Shown here: piece after piece, positions 7,007 through 13,333 of the stretch
How positions within the stretch are numbered: the first letter of the stretch is position 1
How the letters are laid out: the number at the start of each line of letters is the position of its first letter
Source of the DNA: an uncultured Bdellovibrionales bacterium
GTDB taxonomy: Bacteria > Bdellovibrionota_C > UBA2361 > J135
Length of the DNA stretch: 13,333 nucleotides
Assembly: GCA_964549925.1 (NCBI GenBank)
Contig: CAZJXY010000053.1
Location: 1-13,333 of the forward strand
Reading direction: 5' to 3'
Translations under genes and position numbers: made by a program
Notes under the pieces: model-generated
What the model was told of the DNA's origin: nothing
The model's input: only the letters and a program-made list of their open reading frames with translations
Database searches by the model: none

Positions 7007-7783
7007 TTAAAATAGGTGGCTGAGTGAAGGGAGCACGGTAACTCTACCAGGGTAACGTTTGCTGAGCTCTACGACACTTTGATCATGAATACGTGGAACA
7101 ATGATCATCTGGCCAATCGATCTTTGCAGCAACGCCTCAGCCGGCTCCACTCGATCTTCAAATCCAAGTACTGTAGAGGGAGGATGTCCTTCAAAGAGCT
7201 CGTCCCAATAGCGTTGCTCAGTCTTTTCAAATTCAGTGTCGTCAGAGCAGCGAAGATCTTTAGGTTTGAGATAAGCGTCTAATCCAACCAGACTAATTTC
7301 AAGCTCAGCAATCGCTCGAAGAGATCCGGTACAAACCTTGAATGGCAGACCGCAGCTTGCAACCCGTTGTGCGACCATATCGGCACCATCACATAGCGAG
7401 GGATTAGCGTCACCAATCATCTTTGTTTCCTGAATGTATTTGGCGACAAAGGAGAATTGTTGAGCGAAGTCATCAGCGCAGACGCCCAGGGTTTCATTCC
7501 CGCCACAGTCAGCGAAAACCATACGCAAAAGCTTTTTATAAGATATGCCGCGATTTTGAATAAAGGAATTCCGGGCGATTTCCTCATCCCCGCCCAATGA
7601 TCGCACTGTTTCCATAAACAAACGCCGGTGTAATCCGTTGGGCTTAACTAGGAGGTGATCTAGGTCGAGAATGACTTTCGATGCTCGCAGCAGCAAACGC
7701 TCAAGTTCGTTTGATCGGATACTGTGCTCGGCTAATGAGTGATCCTCGGACTTTGAATTGGTGGTGAGATGCTCTCTATACAT
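7007..7783 (-). CDS. HAD-superfamily subfamily IA hydrolase, Sdt1/YjjG-like 5'-nucleotidase family, with degenerate motif I
   Basis: - Motif I region VILDLDHLLVKPNGL matches FDLDNTLY...GL. Both Asp are kept, but Asn-Thr is replaced by His-Leu.
- Motif II FKVCTGS is followed by LGLDAYL, matching IFTNG...LGL..FD.
- Motif IV-like LGFEDRVEPAEA corresponds to FDDS.RN..A.
- There is no SD at the ATG 7783, so the exact start is uncertain.
- The stop lies 3 bp after the convergent SPFH gene stop. Confidence 0.5.
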   Translation of the reverse strand: MYREHLTTNSKSEDHSLAEHSIRSNELERLLLRASKVILDLDHLLVKPNGLHRRLFMETVRSLGGDEEIARNSFIQNRGISYKKLLRMVFADCGGNETLGVCADDFAQQFSFVAKYIQETKMIGDANPSLCDGADMVAQRVASCGLPFKVCTGSLRAIAELEISLVGLDAYLKPKDLRCSDDTEFEKTEQRYWDELFEGHPPSTVLGFEDRVEPAEALLQRSIGQMIIVPRIHDQSVVELSKRYPGRVTVLPSLSHLF

Positions 7784-7848
7784 CAGCTGTTTACGCTCGA
7801 CAAAAATTCTGGGTAACTTCGGCCAATTATGATAGATATTCGCCGAGG

Positions 7849-9261
7849 ATGCTAAGCTTTATTTTAAACGACAGAGAGGTTCAAACCGAAGCTTCTCCGG
7901 CGATGGTACTGGCTGATTTCGTGCGAGTCGAACGAGGCCTAGTTGGAACTAAGCTTGCCTGTCGAGAAGGGGACTGTGGGGCTTGTACGGCGTTGGTGGG
8001 GGAATTGAATGGCGCGAACCTTTCGTATCGCGCTGTAACATCCTGCATATATCCTCTCGGGAACGTAGCTGGAAAGCACGTAGTAACAATCGAAGGTTTA
8101 AATCAAATGGAGATTACCCCCATTCAGCAGGCTATCGTTGCTAGCGGTGGGACCCAATGTGGATTCTGTACACCAGGCTTTGTGGTCGCCTTGACAGCGC
8201 TATTTCTCAAAAAGAGAGAATTTGATCCGACTAGCGCTTGTGCCGAACTTGATGGAAACATTTGCAGGTGTACCGGTTACAAATCAATCGAACGAGCAGT
8301 CGAGAAGTTGTCCGAACAGTTTGGGTCTAACTCAAATCTTGATCAAGATAGGATTGATGAGCTTGTAAAATGGAATATCCTGCCTAGCCAATTCCTTGGA
8401 ATATCAGCGCGACTCGGCGCGCTAAATCAGGTCCAAAAAAAGATTTCAAATATTTCTGAGCGCAAAATTGTAGGCGGTGGGACGGATCTATATGTCCAGA
8501 TACCTGAGCAGATGCTTGAAAAGGAGATATTTCTATCAAGGGAACGGCAGAAGCTAAAAGGCATTAAATTTAAGGGTGGAAAGTGTACCATTGGAGCAGC
8601 CACAACTCTTGAGGAGCTGCGTGAGTCTGTGGAATTAAATACGGCGATTCCGAGATTGAGCGAGTATCTAAAGCTGTTTGGCTCGACCCCGATTCGACAG
8701 ATGGCGACAATCGGAGGAAATCTGGTTAATGCTTCCCCAATTGGTGATTCAACCGCGCTATTTTTAGCTCTAGATTCGGAAATTATAGTGGGAGATAACG
8801 AGCGAACGCGGGAACTAGAGCTTAAAGATTTTTACTTAGGGTATAAGAAGTTAGATCTGAAGAAGGGGGAGATGGTTCTAGCACTGCGATTTTCTATTCC
8901 TACTGCTACATCAAAGATCAATTTTGAAAAGGTGTCGCGAAGAACCTATTTGGATATTGCCAGTGTTAATTCGGGAATCCATTTGAAATTGCAATCTGGG
9001 AGAATCACTGCTGGCACAATCTCGGCCGGTGGTGTTGCCCCGATTCCGATGGTCCTAAGCGAGGCATCGAAGTTTTTATGCGGCAAGGAAGTAGGAATTA
9101 CCACAATAAAAAAGGTTGTGGAGATTGCCCAAGTCGAGATTTCTCCAATCTCTGATGTGCGCGGAACGAGCGAGTACAAACGCCTGCTTCTGAGACAGCT
9201 TATTTATGCTCATTTTATCAATTGTTTTCCGGAAAAAGTTTCCCTTGGGCAATTAATATGA
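7849..9261 (+). CDS. xdhA: Xanthine dehydrogenase small subunit (2Fe-2S ferredoxin-like, [2Fe-2S] helical and FAD-binding domains), XdhA
   Basis: - First cluster, plant-type ferredoxin cysteines: CREGDCGACT...SC.
- Second [2Fe-2S] cluster: CGFCTPGF...CRCTGY.
- FAD/CO-dehydrogenase flavoprotein domain: IVGGGTDLYVQ, with the downstream ATIGGNL.
- The 470 aa length is typical of XdhA. Confidence 0.9.
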   Translation: MLSFILNDREVQTEASPAMVLADFVRVERGLVGTKLACREGDCGACTALVGELNGANLSYRAVTSCIYPLGNVAGKHVVTIEGLNQMEITPIQQAIVASGGTQCGFCTPGFVVALTALFLKKREFDPTSACAELDGNICRCTGYKSIERAVEKLSEQFGSNSNLDQDRIDELVKWNILPSQFLGISARLGALNQVQKKISNISERKIVGGGTDLYVQIPEQMLEKEIFLSRERQKLKGIKFKGGKCTIGAATTLEELRESVELNTAIPRLSEYLKLFGSTPIRQMATIGGNLVNASPIGDSTALFLALDSEIIVGDNERTRELELKDFYLGYKKLDLKKGEMVLALRFSIPTATSKINFEKVSRRTYLDIASVNSGIHLKLQSGRITAGTISAGGVAPIPMVLSEASKFLCGKEVGITTIKKVVEIAQVEISPISDVRGTSEYKRLLLRQLIYAHFINCFPEKVSLGQLI

Positions 9262-11522
9262 CGAACGTTGACGGCTTTGGGCATACGCGCGGCGATTCGC
9301 TTTTCATCGACGATATCCCACTTCTTAATGGCACTCTGTTCGGAGTGCCATTTCCGGCTCCCGTAGCCCATGCCAAGATAAAGAAATTAGATTTTTCGAA
9401 AGCTGAAAAGCTTCCTGGAGTGGTCAAGGTGCTAAGCGCCAGAGACATTCCGGGTGTAAATCAAATCGGTGGAATCTTCCCGGATGAGCCTCTGTTTGAT
9501 AATCACGAGATTCATTATCGTTGCCAACCCCTGGCATTAGTCATCGCTGAAAGTGAAGCACAAGCTAGAAAGGCTTTATCCGCTATAGTTCTTGAGTACG
9601 ACGAACTAACCCCGGTAATAGATCCGCGCGAGGCCGCACGTCTCGGATTACTGATCATGCCGCCTGTGACTTTTGCCTGCGGCGATATCGAAAGCATCTG
9701 GTCTAAGTGTGATCTTGTGGTTGAAGGAAGCACAGAAAGCGGCGGCCAAGAACACCTTTACTTAGAAACTCAAGGTGCGATCGCATCTTTGACAGAAGAT
9801 GGCGGAGTGACGATTACTTCCTCCACTCAAGGACCGACTGCAGTGCAGCGCGCTGCGGCCCAGGTGCTTAACCTTCCGATGCATAAGATTGAAGTTTTGG
9901 TGCATAGATTAGGGGGTGGTTTTGGGGGAAAGGAGGATCAAGCAACTCCTTGGGCAGTTATGGCTGCGCTTGGGGCTTTGATTTTGAAACGTCCGGTAAA
10001 AGTAGTGTTGCATAGAATTGAAGATATGCGCATGACCGGTAAACGCCATCCCTATTCTTCGGATTATAAGATTGGACTCACTAACCAAGGAAAAATCCTA
10101 GGCTACGAGGTTAGCTTTTATCAAAACGCTGGAGCGCACGCGGATCTCTCCCCGGCGATTCTCGGACGAACCCTCTTTCATGCCAACAATACCTACTTTA
10201 TCCCCAATCTTAAGGCTACGGCTTACAGCTGTAAGACCAATCTGCTTTCTAACACTGCCTTTCGCGGTTTCGGCGGGCCGCAAGGGATGTTTGTAATCGA
10301 GGCTGCAATTTGTCACGCTGCGCGAAAACTCGGGAGAAGACCAGCTGACATTCAAGAATTGAATTTACTTAAAGATGGTGACTCATTCCACTACGGTCAG
10401 TCGGCGAAAGCGTGCACTGCTGGAAGATGCTGGAAGAGCTGCCTGGAACGGTATAAATATGCGGAGGAAAGGGAGAGAGTAGATAGATTTAATCGTGAAA
10501 ATTCAGTCTACAAGAAGGGACTGGCGGTAATGCCGATCTGCTTCGGAATTTCATTTACCAAAACGCAGATGAATCAGGCCAGCTCGCTTGTACATGTATA
10601 CACTGATGGCAGCGTGGGTGTAACGACGGCGGCTGTAGAGATGGGACAGGGGGTTAACACAAAGCTAGTAGAGGTTGTATCGCGGATCCTCTCAATTTCC
10701 CCTAGACGCGTGAGGATTCAGACCACATCCACAAATAAAATAGCCAACACATTTCCCTCTGCCGCTAGTGCTGAGTCCGACTTGAATGGAAATGCCACGG
10801 CGATTGCTTGTCGGCAGATTAAGCAGAGGATGTTGGACGAAGCGGCATATGTGCTGGGTGAAAGCGGCTCATCTGGCATCGAACTAAAAGATGAAGTCTT
10901 TTACTCACGCCTCAAAAAGCGAGGGGTGAGTTGGCACGAAATTTTGGAGTCTGCGCATAAGCGCAGAGTTAATCTCTCAGCGCATGCTCATTACGCTACC
11001 CCTGATATCCATTTCAATCTTGAAACTAAGAAGGGCGAGCCTTTTGCCTACCATGTTTATGGCACTGCGCTGGTTGAAGTAACCGTGGATTGTCTGCATG
11101 GAACCCTAAAGATAGATTCAGTGCAGCTTGTTCATGATTACGGAACATCGATTGATCCGATTACCGATCTAGGTCAAACCGAAGGAGGATTAGTTCAGGG
11201 TCTTGGTTGGATGACCCTTGAAGAGGTGGTTTATAATAACCAGGGGAAGCTATTAGCCGATACTTTCTCGAGCTATAAGATTCCGGACATGAACTTTGCG
11301 CCGACTAGGCTTGAGGTGCATTTTCTCGAGAATTCCCATAATCCTGTAGGGGTGCTGGGATCTAAAGCTGTGGGCGAGCCGCCTTTAATGTACGGCATCG
11401 GCGCTTACTTTGCAGCCGAGGAAGCGATTCGTGCCTTTCGTCCCGGTGTCAAACTCAAGGTTCATGCTCCGATGACAAACGAGCGAATATTACTCTCTCT
11501 TTATCAGTCCGATCTGGATTAA
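9258..11522 (+). CDS. xdhB: Xanthine dehydrogenase molybdopterin-binding large subunit, XdhB
   Basis: The ATG at 9258 overlaps the xdhA TGA (ATGA, 9258-9261). The ORF-track start at 9222 is an upstream TTG. The N-terminus MTNVDGFGHTRGDSLFIDDIP matches the XdhB start. Mo-co motifs GGGFGGKE, AFRGFGGPQG and C-terminal GEPPLMYGIGAYFA are present. Confidence 0.9.
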   Translation: MTNVDGFGHTRGDSLFIDDIPLLNGTLFGVPFPAPVAHAKIKKLDFSKAEKLPGVVKVLSARDIPGVNQIGGIFPDEPLFDNHEIHYRCQPLALVIAESEAQARKALSAIVLEYDELTPVIDPREAARLGLLIMPPVTFACGDIESIWSKCDLVVEGSTESGGQEHLYLETQGAIASLTEDGGVTITSSTQGPTAVQRAAAQVLNLPMHKIEVLVHRLGGGFGGKEDQATPWAVMAALGALILKRPVKVVLHRIEDMRMTGKRHPYSSDYKIGLTNQGKILGYEVSFYQNAGAHADLSPAILGRTLFHANNTYFIPNLKATAYSCKTNLLSNTAFRGFGGPQGMFVIEAAICHAARKLGRRPADIQELNLLKDGDSFHYGQSAKACTAGRCWKSCLERYKYAEERERVDRFNRENSVYKKGLAVMPICFGISFTKTQMNQASSLVHVYTDGSVGVTTAAVEMGQGVNTKLVEVVSRILSISPRRVRIQTTSTNKIANTFPSAASAESDLNGNATAIACRQIKQRMLDEAAYVLGESGSSGIELKDEVFYSRLKKRGVSWHEILESAHKRRVNLSAHAHYATPDIHFNLETKKGEPFAYHVYGTALVEVTVDCLHGTLKIDSVQLVHDYGTSIDPITDLGQTEGGLVQGLGWMTLEEVVYNNQGKLLADTFSSYKIPDMNFAPTRLEVHFLENSHNPVGVLGSKAVGEPPLMYGIGAYFAAEEAIRAFRPGVKLKVHAPMTNERILLSLYQSDLD

Positions 11523-11526
11523 AGTT

Positions 11527-12729
11527 ATGTTAGAGAGTAGTCAGCTTTGGTTTGAGTATTTACTTCGATTCGCACACCTTGTTGCTGGAGTGATTTGGAT
11601 TGGTGAAAGCTTCTATTTTATCTGGTTAGATAGTGCTTTTACTCCGCCGCAAAATCCAAAGAAAAACGTCGATGGTGAAGTATTCATGGTTCACGGCGGA
11701 TTCTATTATCAGGTTGAAAAGAGAAGAATTTACCCGGGGGAGCTTCCGAACTATCTGCATTGGTTTAAATGGGCGGCCACTTCCACTTGGCTCACAGGCT
11801 TTTTGCTGTTTGTGGTGCTTTATTACTCACGCGGTGCTTCTCTATTAGTTGCACGTGCGTCTCCATCCCCCTTGCTGCCAAGTGGCATGGGCCAAAGCGG
11901 AGCGATCTGCATTAGCATGGGGCTGATATTGGTCTCTTGGATCGTATACGACTTAGTCTGGCATCCCAAGCTTTTGGAAAAAGAGCTATTTAAATCAAAA
12001 CGCTTAAGCTCACTTCTAACCCTGAGTTACTTTTCGTTATTGATCTATCTTTGCACCGAACTTTTTAACGGCAGAGGTGCATTTATCCAGATGGGTGTGA
12101 TCTGGGGAACGATGATGGTCTTAAACGTTTGGATCAGGATCCTTCCCAATCAAAAGCGCATGTTAAATTCAGCGGAAAATGGAGAGGTCCCTGATTACTC
12201 TCTGGGGTTAAAGTCAAAGACGAGATCGGTTCACAATACTTATTTCATCTTTCCTGTACTCTTAATCATGTTGAGTAATCATTTTCCAGGCATCACGGAG
12301 CATGCTCAGAATTGGCTGTTGCTCATTATCCTCTCCGTTTCAGGGGCTCTAGTTAGACACGCAATGGTGGCAAAAGATAAGCGCCAGCGCTGGACATTAC
12401 TTCCGGCAGCGCTCGGTTTACTCGCGCTGGTTTGGATGACTCAGCCCACGCGCGCCACAATACTAGATGATCATTTGGCTCGTCCCACTTATGCGGAGGT
12501 TGCAGGAATTATTTCGAATCGATGCCTTGCTTGTCATAGTTCCAACAACACCGACGATCTTTTTAAATTGGCGCCAAACGGAGTGTTGCTTGAGGACGAA
12601 TCCCATGTTCTTGGCTTGCTTCCGCGAATTTATCAACGGGTCTTTGTGGATCGCACTATGCCGTTTGGGAATAAGACCGGAATAACTGAGGAGGAGCGTG
12701 AAAAGTTAGCCCGATTTAGTAGACCCTAA
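11527..12729 (+). CDS. puuD: PuuD-type membrane urate hydroxylase with C-terminal cytochrome c domain
   Basis: The ATG lies 4 nt after the xdhB stop. The N-terminal polytopic membrane domain WFEYLLRFAHLVAGVIWIGESFYFIWLD resembles PuuD. There are several TM segments. A single C-terminal heme-c motif CLACH lies at 12523-12537 (NRCLACHSS), followed by a Met-containing segment RTMPFGNKTG. Confidence 0.75.
   Translation: MLESSQLWFEYLLRFAHLVAGVIWIGESFYFIWLDSAFTPPQNPKKNVDGEVFMVHGGFYYQVEKRRIYPGELPNYLHWFKWAATSTWLTGFLLFVVLYYSRGASLLVARASPSPLLPSGMGQSGAICISMGLILVSWIVYDLVWHPKLLEKELFKSKRLSSLLTLSYFSLLIYLCTELFNGRGAFIQMGVIWGTMMVLNVWIRILPNQKRMLNSAENGEVPDYSLGLKSKTRSVHNTYFIFPVLLIMLSNHFPGITEHAQNWLLLIILSVSGALVRHAMVAKDKRQRWTLLPAALGLLALVWMTQPTRATILDDHLARPTYAEVAGIISNRCLACHSSNNTDDLFKLAPNGVLLEDESHVLGLLPRIYQRVFVDRTMPFGNKTGITEEEREKLARFSRP
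12523..12537 (+). other. CxxCH heme c attachment motif within PuuD
   Basis: tgc ctt gct tgt cat encodes CLACH. It is the only CxxCH in the ORF. Confidence 0.7.
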
Positions 12730-13333
12730 TTCGGTTGATTCCACCGTCAGGAAAAACCTTCACCTTTATAAATCCCACCGGCTCGCGATTGTCTATCAAG
12801 AATTCCCTTGTATTTCCGGCAAAAGCCTTGACCTCAGATCTTTTAACCAAATCTCTCCATGAGCCCGCCTCTAGCGATTGCGCCCCAAGAATCTCTATCG
12901 CCATCGGATTATTATTTACGAAATATGTAAAATCAAAGACTATTGAACTTATCGGTGCGATCTTTCCCCCTAATTTGATCACCAGCTCCTCATAATGTCC
13001 GGGAATCCTGCTTCGCGCGGACTCAAACCCGTCAAACATATGTAGAGGGACAAACGGAGAAATAACTTGCGAGGCCGGGCCGTAGTGCTGGTTGGAAACT
13101 GATACTACCTCTCCACCATAATTTAAGTTAGCTCGATCCAATTTTCCGGATCCAAGATACTTGCCGATGGGAAGCGTAAGCTTTAGGGTTAGCGGCTTTT
13201 TTGATTTTGGAAGCGCGCGATCGAAGCGTCTCGGCTCGGCGGAATTGATAACTTTGAACGCGGCTGAAAGATCACTCGACAATTCAGCAAAGAGTCCCAG
13301 TCGAGAAAGACCACCGTCCGGATACATTTCAAT
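12716..13333 (-). CDS. alc: Allantoicase (allantoate amidinohydrolase), 3' part; gene continues beyond the window end
   Basis: The protein ends ...FPDGGINRIRVY*. A second PDGGLSRLGLF lies about 190 aa upstream and DGFESAR lies between them. This fits the two-repeat allantoicase architecture, where each repeat ends in PDGG.sRhR. The frame is still open at the window edge: IE precedes the apparent Met. The gene overlaps the puuD 3' end by 14 bp in convergent orientation. Confidence 0.55.
   Translation of the reverse strand: MEMYPDGGLSRLGLFAELSSDLSAAFKVINSAEPRRFDRALPKSKKPLTLKLTLPIGKYLGSGKLDRANLNYGGEVVSVSNQHYGPASQVISPFVPLHMFDGFESARSRIPGHYEELVIKLGGKIAPISSIVFDFTYFVNNNPMAIEILGAQSLEAGSWRDLVKRSEVKAFAGNTREFLIDNREPVGFIKVKVFPDGGINRIRVY

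Noticed and set aside
7079-7282. 67-aa plus-strand ORF inside the HAD-like gene
   Set aside because: It is antisense to the HAD-like frame, which shows motifs I, II and IV in the correct order. No SD.
7784-7848. Looked for a purine riboswitch or a palindromic operator upstream of xdhA
   Set aside because: The region is only 65 bp. It lacks the conserved purine-riboswitch helices and loops. I found no dyad beyond the trivial CAGCTG. Nothing supportable.
8946-10355. Minus-strand ORFs inside xdhA and xdhB (8946-9179, 9218-9448, 9515-9733, 10098-10355), and the plus-strand ORF-track start at 9222 for xdhB
   Set aside because: They are shadow ORFs of strongly supported genes. The 9222 start is a TTG that overlaps 40 nt of xdhA. 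The ATG at 9258 gives the canonical ATGA coupling and a typical XdhB N-terminus.
11633-12685. ORFs 11633-11848 (+) and 12467-12685 (+) inside puuD, and 12735-12995 (+) inside allantoicase
   Set aside because: These are alternative frames of genes with clear family signatures. The translations are Cys/Arg/Leu-rich junk.
1-13333. Mobile elements, CRISPR arrays, tRNA and rRNA genes, and phage or defence-island signatures
   Set aside because: I saw no terminal inverted repeats flanking transposase-like ORFs, no regularly spaced direct repeats and no cloverleaf-compatible segments in the intergenic regions. GC content and codon usage look uniform across the window.

Overview
The window carries 11 to 12 protein-coding genes from a bacterial chromosome of roughly 48% GC. 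I found no rRNA, tRNA, CRISPR array or mobile element. The genes, in order, are:
- A possible short 3' fragment of a gene on the + strand.
- A short PyrE-like type I phosphoribosyltransferase (- strand).
- A small secreted or lipoprotein-like protein (- strand).
- ispG (GcpE) of the MEP isoprenoid pathway (+ strand).
- A 290-bp intergenic region containing a perfect 19-bp inverted repeat built around two AACCGGTT cores.
- A large single-pass membrane protein (+ strand) whose N-terminal half is a protein-kinase fold with degenerate catalytic motifs (HRD to HGH, DFG to DHI, VAIK Lys to Arg). Its C-terminal half is a HEAT/PBS-lyase-like repeat domain beyond one TM helix.
- A tightly spaced pair (+ strand): a crotonase-fold protein in which both enoyl-CoA hydratase catalytic glutamates are replaced (Cys and Phe), then an SPFH/band-7 membrane protein.
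- A HAD-IA (Sdt1/YjjG-like) nucleotidase-like hydrolase (- strand).
- A purine catabolism block on the + strand: xdhA (2Fe-2S/FAD subunit), xdhB (Mo-pterin subunit, ATGA overlap with xdhA) and a PuuD-type membrane cytochrome-c urate hydroxylase.
- The 3' part of an allantoicase gene (- strand) running off the window edge.
Every product call comes from reading motifs in the translated ORFs by eye. No database search was possible. The most interesting candidates are the membrane-anchored pseudokinase with its upstream palindrome, and the crotonase-like/SPFH pair. The latter may be a variant of the NfeD(ClpP-fold)-stomatin arrangement.
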